Assembly (NCBI GenBank): GCA_964016885.1
Contig: OZ024748.1
Coordinates: 10,788,001 to 10,852,000, forward strand
Source: Eledone cirrhosa
Lineage: Eukaryota
Direction: 5' to 3'
Length of the DNA stretch: 64,000 bases
This document shows, in pieces, positions 53,719-64,000 of the stretch. Both the position numbers and the translations under genes were made by a program. How positions within the stretch are numbered: position 1 is the first letter of the stretch; each line of letters starts with the position of its first letter. The notes under the pieces are model-generated. The model did not search any database, was not told the DNA's origin, and worked only from the letters and a program-made list of their open reading frames with translations.

Positions 53719-54191
53719 CTGGAAAATAAATAAATAAATAAATAATAATAATGGGGATTATGATGATGTTTTAGATTAGAAGGCACAAGGCCAGCAATTT
53801 AGAGGCAGGGGAATGTCAAATATATCAATCCCAGTATTTAACTGGTACTTAAGTAGTGGGGTCGATATAATAGACTTTTCCCTGCCCCCAAATTGTTGGC
53901 CTTGTGTCAATGTTAGAAAGATACAGAGAGAGAAGGAGAGTAGTGTGTGGTGAGAGAGAGGGGGGGGGGGGTGACAGTAGTGTGTGGAGAGAAAGTGAGA
54001 GATAGCAGGAGCAGTGGTGGAGAGAGAGTGATACAGAAAGAAACAGAGAGATAGCAGGAGAGAGAGAGAGAGGGGGCTAGTAGTGTGTGGAGAGAGAGAG
54101 AGAGAGAGAGAGAGGGAAGGAGGGAGTAGTGTGTGGAGAGAGAGAGAGAGAGGGAGGGAAGGAGGGAGTAGTGTGTGGAGAGAATATTTAC

Positions 54192-54899
54192 CTGGGAAGT
54201 AATGTAGGTATCCATGAAACATTTGAGAATGCTGATATTTCGGCCGAGTTGATTCTGGCCAGTTCCACGATACCTCCCGACTTTGAGAGTGGACCGACCG
54301 GGTCGACCTTCCATAGGATGAGTTCACTGCAGAACTCAAAACCAAAGGGACATGCATTGCCATTACACTCCTGGTGTTCGTCACACTGACCACAGTTGTT
54401 GCTGTTGGGAGAGTCCACTTCAGGAATGTTGTGATGTGACGTGGTCAAGAGAAGAGGCAGCACAGGGTGGCATGATGCAGAGTTGGTACGGAAGCGGTGA
54501 CCGCAGGCACGGGATATGTGAGCGACGCTCATCACTGTGGAGAACTTCGACGTCTCCGAGAAGCTGACCTGCCACAGGTTTAAGCTACCATTCAGGTGTT
54601 TTGAAATCATGAGTACGTTCGGGATGAGCATGTTGTCGCTTTGTCCGGGAGAGCTTTTGCCCATCGGTGCTGCTGACTCTAGCAGGGGTCCCCTCTGGCC
54701 ACCTTCCATGTTGTGGTCACTCTCACTTAGTTTCATTGCAGACTTTATGTCCATTTTACTGTATTTACAATATAACAATATGTTGCTGGACATTGTCCGA
54801 GCATCAAGGATAGGAACTGCGTGTGGTATTCGACAAGAAAAACTAACTTGGGCTTGACGGAAACAGAACGCTGTGTATTCATCTAACCAATCAACAAGC
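54192..54899 (-). CDS. DMXL2: DMXL exon 10 (LVDWLDEY...GHRFRTN...WIPTLLP)
   Basis: cag/gtaaat; overlaps ORF 54188-54793. Confidence 0.95.
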
Positions 54900-55339
54900 C
54901 TGTAGAGAAAGAGAAAATTACAAAAGATAAAAACATTTCAAGCAGTGTATTCACCAACCATCTTCAGGTGTTCAACTTCTAAATATAAATATATCCCTAG
55001 GATCAGGCCTGTGCAAAGCTGATAACAGGTTCAGACCATATATAAAATGTAGGGTTGCAGAGCTAGCAATAAGCCCAGGTCAGTTATGAAATATAGGCTA
55101 CCAAAGCTGGTAATAGGCCCAGGCTAGATGTGAAATGTAGGCTTCCAGAGCTAGCAATAAGCCCAGGCCAGATGTGAAATGTAGGCCACCAAAGCTGGTA
55201 ATAGGCCCAGGCCTGATATGAAATGTAGACTCCGTTTCAAACTTTTCACTAAGTATTTTAGCAATCAAGGCTAAATACATATTTATATATAGATAACAAG
55301 TATATATATATAAAATGTATGTGTGTGGGTGTATAAACA

Positions 55340-55680
55340 TATCATCATCATCATCACTTTACGTCCGCTTTTCCCTGCTTGCAAGGGTGGAACGAGAACT
55401 GATTCTGGCTTGATTTCTACAGCTGGATGCCATTCCTAACACCAACCTCATTTACAGTGAGTGCTGGGTGCTTTTTTGCCGTGGCACCTCCACAACCACT
55501 TTGCAGTGGAATGATATGAACCCCAGTCCCTATCATCTCATTTCTACAGCTAAGTAAACTAGAGCAATGTGAAATAAAGTGTCTTGCTCAAGGAAACAAC
55601 ACATCACCCCGTCTGAGAATTGAACTCACAACCTTTCGATTGCAAGACCAATGTTCTAACCACTAAGCCATGTGCCTCCA
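55340..55680 (-). mobile_element. SINE family A
   Basis: Closely matches the reverse complement of 26062-26410. Confidence 0.85.
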
Positions 55681-55769
55681 TATATATAGCATACCTGATG
55701 TACTTATGATTATCAGAAGAGAATGAAAGAACTAGAATCTAAGGAGAAATACAAAATGTTTCTACTAAC

Positions 55770-55882
55770 CAGACAAGAAAGCTGCCATCTTGTGGATGGA
55801 CACTAAATAACATGTCAGGACTTTGATGCCAATCTCGTAACAGATTCTCAATTTTTCTATCAACAATGTCAGTGAGGGCTCC
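55770..55882 (-). CDS. DMXL2: DMXL exon 9 (GALTDIVDRKIENLLRDWHQSPDMLFSVHPQDGSFLVW)
   Basis: aag/gttagt; conserved motif; too short for the ORF track. Confidence 0.92.
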
Positions 55883-56327
55883 CTTTAAATAATAAATAGA
55901 AGGGTAACAGAGAAAGGGTTTTAAGGAAATTTATGATTTTAGGGTAACTTAATATTAAGACAATATCAACAAATGGTAATAAATATCACAAAATGAAAAA
56001 AATTTATAGGGCTAACGCCATTGGTAAAACTGGCTCACATGAATGCTTATAGAAGGCAAACATTAGTTGTTATATGGGGCTAACATGAGTGGGTATACTG
56101 AGATAACATGAATGGTTATAGAGGGAAAATATTAGTGGTTATATGGGGCTAACATGAGTGGTATACAAGACTAATATGTGAGGTTATATAGGGTTAATGT
56201 GTGAGGTCATGCAGGGCTAACACAAGAGTGGTTATGCAGGGCAAACAAGCGTGGTTATGCAGGGCTAACACAAGCTATTACCTAGAGCTAGGGCTATGGA
56301 GTAATTAAGAAAGTTTAATTAACTTAC

Positions 56328-56473
56328 ATAATCATTAACAGCGGCATCATTAGAATCCAGATAGTCAGAGCTGAAGTTGCTCAATGTATCAGATCCACTG
56401 TCAACACTTCTGCTGGCCTGCTTGTGTTTACGACGGAATAGCTTAGTGGCCTTCTTCTTCTTTGGGTTTGTAC
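56328..56473 (-). CDS. DMXL2: DMXL exon 8 (GTNPKKKKATKLFRRKHK...AVNDY)
   Basis: cag/gtaagt; needed to convert phase 1 to phase 0. Confidence 0.85.
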
Positions 56474-56733
56474 CTGGGTATAGAATTAGAACAGTCAGGT
56501 TATTGTCTTTCAATCTGCCTATACACATACACACATGAATATACACGAGTTTAGTTAACCCTTTAGCACTTAAACTGGCCAGAATTCTCTTACCCCTTTC
56601 TTTTCAAACCTGCCATAATTGGCTGTTCATACTTATGTTATGGCATTGTTCTCAAAATAAATAATACCAAAATCTCGTAGATTCGATATTATGTGAGATA
56701 ATTATGAGAAAGTGTTTACCATGAAAATATAAT

Positions 56734-56920
56734 TGTTTCTACTTTAGGCACAAGGCCAGCAATTACCCAGTGTATTACTGGTACTTTATTTTATCGACCC
56801 CCGTAAGGATGAAAAGCAAAGTCAACCTCGGCGGGATTTGAACTCAGATCGTAAAGGGACGTAACTATGCTGGAAAGCATGGCGTCCGACCCTCTACCGA
56901 TACTGCCAATCCACCGCCCT
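56734..56920 (-). mobile_element. SINE family B with 15-bp TSD, nested in a TTAA-MITE
   Basis: ccatgaaaatataat flanks both sides. Confidence 0.85.
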
Positions 56921-57012
56921 CCATGAAAATATAATAGTATATATACAGTAATGTAAATGTTAAAGAGTTAAACCATGAAGATGATAATGAACTGTATGAA
57001 TGTCTAAATTAC

Positions 57013-57288
57013 CAGCAGAGGTTTCATCCGGCTGAGAACCCGTATCAGGGTCTGTGTCGTTATGTTCTTCGGTAACTCCGTTGCGTTGTGAAGCTGGTGT
57101 CGTGTCACTGATCCAGGAGTTCAACTCCACACCACCACCACCACTGTCGATGTTCGTGTGTTTGTGCATCTCCTGCAGGATCTTCTCTGCCTCAGTTGTA
57201 AACTGAAGTTCTTTGTTGTTCAACCAATTCAGTTGGAAGTGGAACAATTGGTCGTTGGAGTTCCCTGTAGTTGGCAACAGAGGAATAT
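57013..57288 (-). CDS. DMXL2: DMXL exon 7 (DIPLLPT...NWLNNKELQFT...ETSA)
   Basis: cag/gtaatt; WLNNKEL motif. Confidence 0.88.
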
Positions 57289-57400
57289 CTGCAACAGAGA
57301 CACACAGACAGAGAATTTACTACCATACAAGCTAAACAACATATAGACCACTTACATATATCCACATATAATAATTTGTAACATTTTTATTTGCTGTCAC

Positions 57401-57453
<53 letters not shown>

Positions 57454-57555
57454 CGAAGGAAATGTGGTAAGGAACCAGGTGGACCATAATGCACCAAAGT
57501 ACTCAACACTTAGGGTAGTAGAGTGGGTCATAAGAACGAGTGGGTCCTACTCGTT

Positions 57556-57595
<40 letters not shown>

Positions 57596-57827
57596 AGGTG
57601 CCCCCAAAAAATGTAAACACACTTCAACAGCATTCTAATAAATATTGCCTGTACAGGTAATCAAAGTGTGTATACATTGTTTGGGGACACCCTGTATATA
57701 TACATGCACACACACACACAAGAAGGATCCAAGACAAGAATCCCAGAAGAATCCAAGGCAAGAATCCCAGAAGAACCCAGGAAGGATAAAAATAAGATAA
57801 AAAAAAATAATGGAAGAAGAATGGTAC

Positions 57828-58003
57828 CGGTTTTTGGATTGACACTCCCAGCCAAGTGGAAGTGAAATGCCGGAGCAACTCCGTTGTGGTGGATACCAAA
57901 CTTGTGGAAATCATGAACACTCTGAGTACCAATAAGTTGGGTTGAAGTCATCACAGTTTCTGGGCCATACTTCTGATGTTTCTTCCTCTTGTTGATGGCA
58001 TGC
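57828..58003 (-). CDS. DMXL2: DMXL exon 6 (HAINKRKKH...FHFHLAGSVNPKT)
   Basis: tag/gtacca; in phase. Confidence 0.88.
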
Positions 58004-58814
58004 CTAATAATAATAATAATAATAATAATGGTTTCTAGTATAAGCACAAGACCAACAATTTTTTGGGGGAGGGGAAAGTCGATTAAATTGACCCCAGTGC
58101 ACTACTGGTACTTTATTTTATCTACCCCGTAAGGATGAAAAGCAAAGTTAACCTCGGCAGGATTTGAACTCAGAACATAAAAGGCTGTAACTATATGCCA
58201 CAAAGCACGGCGTCCGACCCTCTACCGATACTGCCAATCCACCGCCCTTATAACATAGTAATAATAATGGTTCCTTTATTAACCACAAAGGGTTCATATA
58301 AAGAAAACATTAAAGATGGTAAGGATGTTGAAGTGTGGGTTTTTTTTCATGTAAAAATATAATATCAAAAACAACATGAAAAATTAAAACAAAGGAAAAT
58401 TCCCCAATAGGCATCTGATGGTCTCTCATTGAGAAAGCCCACAAAAAGCCATGGCCACCCTGACTGCTAGGGCAAGCCATGTCTTTGACACAGCTGAAGA
58501 ATCTTCTCGCCACTTTGTTTTGGAGGTTTTTTACCAAACAAAAGTGTAAAGCAATTTACATTGAATACTTGCTATGGTAGCTCTGTTATTGTTAAACTTA
58601 ACCCTTTAAGTACCTGGCCAGAATTCTCTCACCTCTTTCTGTTTAAACCAGCTGTAACCAGCCACTCATACTATGTTAAGGTATTGTTCTCAACACAAAT
58701 AATATCATGTGAGGTAAAACCTTTACCATGAAAATATAATAGTAAATATAGAGTAATGTAAATGCTAAAAGGTTAATTTAATGTAAATAATAAAACCAGG
58801 AGCTAATTTCTTAC

Positions 58815-59000
58815 CGAATTGTCTTTAATCTCTGCATGAAGCGTTTCTTGTGTCTGCGAGTGTGATATCTTGGGTCTTGTGTAGCAACAGGATCAAACTG
58901 ATCTAGATCAACAAGACCATCGTCTGGTAGTATGGTCTCACACCAGATTCGACAAACATTATCTTTACAAGAAGTCACTAACATGTTAGCAACTGCTCCT
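58815..59000 (-). CDS. DMXL2: DMXL exon 5 (GAVANMLVTSCKDNVCRIWCET...RLKTIR)
   Basis: tag/gtaaga; conserved motif. Confidence 0.92.
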
Positions 59001-59706
59001 CTACAACAAAAACAAACATATATAGATATATAGAGAAACATATATATATATATATATATAGATATATAGAGAAACATATAGATATATATTATTATTTTGC
59101 AGAAAATAGTTAGCTCTTTCAAACGATTTTTTAATAATTTTGAAAATAATCAATAATATGGAGGGATTTAGTAATATAACTAACTTTTTTATTAAGTTGG
59201 TGTTTCGAATATAACTTAACAAAAGTTCTTACATGAAATTAAAGAGAGAGCACGAGAAGGAGCAAGAAAGAGAGAGAACAAAATAGAAAGAAGAGAGAAA
59301 GAGAGACTAAAGGAATTGAACCAATACTGAAACTAAGGCTATATGAACCCTGGAGGGATGGCAAACAAAATTAATCTCAATGGAATTTGATCTAAGATAA
59401 CAGGGAGCTGGAATGAATCCCACAAGAACTCTATCCGACGTTGTAATGACTACCAATTTGTTATCTACACCGTAAATGTTGTCTAAATAAAATAAGGGTA
59501 TGGCTCATCTACCAGTACGGCTTATCTACCAGTGTGACTTATCTACAAGTGTGACTTATCTACAAGTGCGGCTTATACACAAGTGTGGCTTATCTACAAG
59601 TGTGGCTTATAGAGAAGCACGACTTATAGAGAAGCACGACTTATAGACAAGTGTGTAGAGTTATGCATTTTAGGGAGTAAATATTGTTTGGCATATTTGT
59701 TGTTAC

Positions 59707-59842
59707 CTTGGCATGTATCTACTGGTCTTTCTCCATGAAAATCCTGTCACAGCTCGTGGATGGCATATGTACACAAAAGAGTAATGTAGTTCTTCCCTGC
59801 GAGGGCTTGGATGGCCTTCTTGTCGTGAGAGAGGCAGCAGAA
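59707..59842 (-). CDS. DMXL2: DMXL exon 4 (...YSFVYICHPRAVTGFSWRKTSRYMPR)
   Basis: tag/gtaaca; conserved DMXL motif. Confidence 0.92.
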
Positions 59843-59954
59843 CTACAAACAACAACAACAACAATGATAAAAACAATAATAATAATGATGACGATGGTAA
59901 TAATAGTGGTGATATAAAAGACATATGAGGCAGTAAAAACAATCCATAAAATAC

Positions 59955-59994
59955 CTTTTCGATCTTCATACCATATTTTCACAACTCTATCATT
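59955..59994 (-). CDS. DMXL2: DMXL exon 3 (NDRVVKIWYEDRK)
   Basis: cag/gtattt; 40 nt; D-x-x-V-K-I-W WD40 end. Confidence 0.88.
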
Positions 59995-60682
59995 CTGAAA
60001 ATGAATAAAAAAGAAAACAAAGAATTATTTATCATTTTTAAAGTAAGTTTAATGTAGGTGTAATGTTTTATTGTGAAACTATTATATAATGTAGATGTAA
60101 TATAATGTAGATGTAATATAATGTAGATGTAATATAATGTAGATGTAATATAATGTAGATGTAATATAATGTAATATGATATAATATAATGTAGATGTAA
60201 TATACTTTGTTATGGAGGTCTAATATATTGTCTACATTGATTTATTAGCGGTGTCATCCAGTTCCGGGCTCTAAAACCATTGGCTCCACTGTTAGATGGG
60301 TTCGGTGTGGCCATCTGACCTGTCCCTCATTAGCTGTGCCATCCAGTTCCCCAATGTAAATGTGGTTGGTGTTAGGAAGGGCATCCAGCTGTAAAATCCC
60401 CAGCCAAATTTAGAGTGGCCAGACTTGTCTTCTGAAGTGGACGACCCGTCTAGCCCATGCAAGCATGGAAAATGGACGTTAAATTAGTTTGTTCATATGG
60501 ATATGATATAATGTTAAAGGGTTAATTTTAGATGATTGATTTATTGTATTAAACATTGTGTTTCTGTGACTGAGTAATTGTATTTCATGTGGTGGGTCTT
60601 AATTGGTTTACGTTTGTTGTATTTGTTTACCTTTATTTCAATGCTGTGTAAGGCTATAACAGAAGAAATATACATGTGTTTG

Positions 60683-60714
<32 letters not shown>

Positions 60715-60937
60715 TATACTACTTTTTCACACCATTAAAGTTTCATGTTAAATAGAGCATTCTTCAGATAGATGTGATTTTATGTTGTTACTATTTTGTG
60801 ATATTACTGTAGAGATACTATAGTGATATTACTGTAGATAATATAGTGATATTATTGTAGTGATACTCTAGTGATATTACTGTAGTGATACTATAATGAT
60901 ACAACTGTTGTAGAGATATTACTGTAGTGCTACTTAC

Positions 60938-61004
60938 TTTTCCAACAGATGCAAACAGAAGACTGTCTGGTGAGAACTTCAAATGGTACACTGGGGTTGC
61001 TGGT
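60938..61004 (-). CDS. DMXL2: DMXL exon 2 (PATPVYHLKFSPDSLLFASVGK)
   Basis: cag/gtaagt; in phase; WD40 FSPD motif. Confidence 0.9.
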
Positions 61005-61790
61005 CTGAAAGGTCAACAGTGATTGGTCAACAGAATATCAAAAATGAAAATTCAACAGTGAAAGGTGAACAACAGAAAGTTAACAGTGAAAGGTGAACAA
61101 CAGAAAGTTAACAGTGAAAGGTGAACAACAGAAAGTTAACAGTGAAAGGTCAACAGAAGGTCAAGAATGAATGGCCAATACCGAAAGGTCAACAATAGTA
61201 AAAGGTTGTTGACCTTTTACTATGGCATCCAGCCATATAAACCTTCCCAATACCAACAATTTTACAGTGTGTTTTGGGAGAATTTTGTTTTACTATAGCA
61301 CTACCACTTTCAGAGCAGACTGGGAGCTTTTTGTTGTGGCACCTTACACGGTGGACTGCATGCTTTTTATCATGGTACCAGCAACTGTATATATATATGA
61401 CGCATATAGACAATATGCTCCCACCTCCTCCTACAGCAAAGTGGTCGTGGAGGTGCCACGGAAAAAAAAGCACCCAGCACTCACTGTAAATGAGGTTAGT
61501 GTTAGGAAGGGCATCCACTGTAGAAATCAAGCCAGAATCAGTTCCCGTATGAGCAAAACAAGGTCAGCCAACCGGACACTGCCCAAAACAGGACAACCCG
61601 TGTAACCCATGCTAGCGTGGAAGCACGGACGTAAAACGGCGATGATGATGATGATATATATTTATTTAGCAATATGTCTGCGTGTGTATGTATATATGCA
61701 AACGTGTTTGTCTATGTATGTGCATATAATGTGAAAAACAGTGAACAAATTACTTGAAACATGGTAAACAACAGTGAACTGTTCACTTAC

Positions 61791-62007
61791 TTGCACTGCC
61801 ACACACAGATCCACTCCGGCTGTTCCACGTCTGAAACTGGTTTAGAAAGAGAAGGGGGAGCGCCTGGTACAAGTAGAGAATTTTCTTCTTCAACACCAAC
61901 TGCATCTCCGAGGGAGAACTGAACCCCTGCAGTAAATTCTTCATCGGGCATTAGAGAAGGTAACTGCCAAATCTGAATGGTTTCACCACCAAGGAGAAGT
62001 TTGGAAC
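61791..62007 (-). CDS. DMXL2: DMXL exon 1 of window (GSKLLLGGETIQIW...EWICVWQCK)
   Basis: cag acceptor, gtaagt donor; N-terminal WD40 segment. Confidence 0.9.
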
Positions 62008-62084
62008 CTGATAAAAACAAAGAGAAAAACAAAGATAAGTGTAACCCCTTAACATTTACATTACTCTATATATGTACTATTGTA

Positions 62085-62535
62085 TTTTTGTGGTAAAGGC
62101 TTTATCTTACATAATTATCTCACATAACATTTACATTATATATATTACTGTATTTTCGTGGTAAAGGCTTTATCTTACATAATTATCTCACATAACATTT
62201 ACATTATATATATTACTGTATTTTCGTGGTAAAGGCTTTATATTACATAATTATCTCACATAACATTTACATTATATATATTACTGTATTTTCGTGGTAA
62301 AGGCTTTATCTTACATAATTATCTCACATAACATTTACATTATATATATTACTGTATTTTCGTGGTAAAGGCTTTATCTTACATAATTATCTCACATAAC
62401 ATTTACATTATATATATTACTGTATTTTCGTGGTAAAGGCTTTATCTTACATAATTATCTCACATAACATTTACATTATATATATTACTGTATTTTTGTG
62501 GTAAAAGCTTTATATTACATAATTATCTTACATAA
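62085..62535. repeat. 68-bp minisatellite expanded inside MITE C
   Basis: acataacatttacattatatatattactgtattttcgtggtaaaggctttatcttacataattatctc, about 6 copies. Confidence 0.9.
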
Positions 62536-64000
62536 TATCAAATCTATGAGATTTTGATGTTGTTTATTTTGAGAACAATACCCTAACATCAGTATGAGCT
62601 GCCAATGATAGTCAGCTTGAACAGAAAGAGGCGAGAGAATTCTGGCCAGATATGGCCGGTTTAAATGACTTTAATCTTCAGAATTACCTTGACCCACAAA
62701 CATCTGGTCTCCCTGCAGTGGTAGGACAGGCTGCCAGCAGACTAGGTTGTTACTAACCCCACAAATGGTGAATAGGCAGGGAGCCTGTATCTCAATTACA
62801 TATCGAGTGCTCAAGCAGGCTGATGGCCCACAATTCATCCACATATGATCCTGCATTTATTGTGGGACCAGCACTATGGCACATTATCATGTCAGTGTTA
62901 GCAACATTTAACCTTTTGACCTTGTATTTTGGCAGTAATGTTGTACCAAAATCTCAACCCTTCATAGACAACCCTCACTACAAACACAATAACAATAATT
63001 CATCTTCATCATCTCCTCAGCCTCCTACTTCTTTTTCAATCAATTATTCCATAGGGTGTGGTGTGAGCAGCATCTTCAAATACACCTTCCACAGGGGCCT
63101 ATTAGAAGTAACCATCTCGAAATAAAACAAAAATAATTGCAACAATAAATCTTATTTCTATATTTATTATTATTAATATTATCTTTTTTTTTATCAGATT
63201 TTGTTGTTATTTTTGTTATTTTCTTCTTGTTTATGTTTCCTTTCTGCAATAAATCTGAGGGAAAAAAAGACATAAAACACACATACACACTTTTCCTCTC
63301 ACCTTTTTTTTATCAATTTACACACTTTCACTCTCTCTTATAAACACACTCACATACACACACTCACATACATCCTCACACACACTCTCACTATCTTTCA
63401 CTCACTCTCCCTCTCCCTGTTTAGCTCTATATAAAATCAAAACATTACCACAAGAAACCAATTTCCATCTATCAATGTAGAATATTTATGTTTATTGTAT
63501 AACAGCAACAACGACAACAACTACAATAGAACAATTGGTACTAAGGAGAAATAAAACCAAGTAAAAGCCATCAATAAATATATAAATATACAAGTAAATA
63601 AACAGACAAGTTTGTTGGTTGTCATTGAGTGAGGAGAGAATTCTCTAGGAATATTGGACTGTTGGAGAGAATTTATGTGTTATATATATATATATATATA
63701 TATATACATACATACATACGTACATACACACATATACATGTGTATATATTGATTTATGTGTGCCAATATAACTTAGGTAATATTAGTAGTACAGTGGCTC
63801 TTTAAGAATATGGCCAATGTTGTGAAAGAGAGAGAGAGAGACTTCTTGAGAATTTCTCACTTGCTAGCCTTCTAATTATATTATTCTATTACGTGTTCCA
63901 GCTGACAGACTGAGGCCATGCTGGAGCAACCAGCATTGATGATACATCCTCTCTATAGCCAGATTTCCTTGGTTGGCCATTGATGCAAAAGTGAGTTTGT

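Noticed and set aside
63086-63116. Upstream DMXL exon
   Set aside because: Stop codon in the required phase and no WD40 similarity.

Overview
AT-rich, microsatellite-dense eukaryotic DNA. The repeat landscape suggests a coleoid cephalopod such as Octopus; this is an inference. The main feature is a large minus-strand DmX-like / Rabconnectin-3 alpha gene (DMXL1/2, Drosophila Rbcn-3A, yeast Rav1 family). I traced 34 GT-AG exons by hand from 62007 down to 20397; they total 8705 nt, stay in one continuous frame and encode about 2900 aa. The 5' exons lie beyond the right edge. I could not find the C-terminal WD40 exons in the remaining 20 kb to the left. Introns and the left flank contain a TIR-bounded mariner with nonsense mutations, RTE and CR1 LINE remnants, two tRNA-derived SINE families, TTAA-bounded (piggyBac-type) MITEs, a non-autonomous Helitron, a 3.6 kb 47-bp satellite and many long hairpins. 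The most notable unannotated signals are: several minimal hammerhead-ribozyme motifs (one with a U3-A8 compensatory core, duplicated in 219-bp inverted arms); a tandem duplication that creates two paralogous, frame-preserving 72-nt candidate exons, with palindromes inserted in one copy; further symmetric candidate microexons; and an AG|GTAAGT recursive-splice-like exon start.
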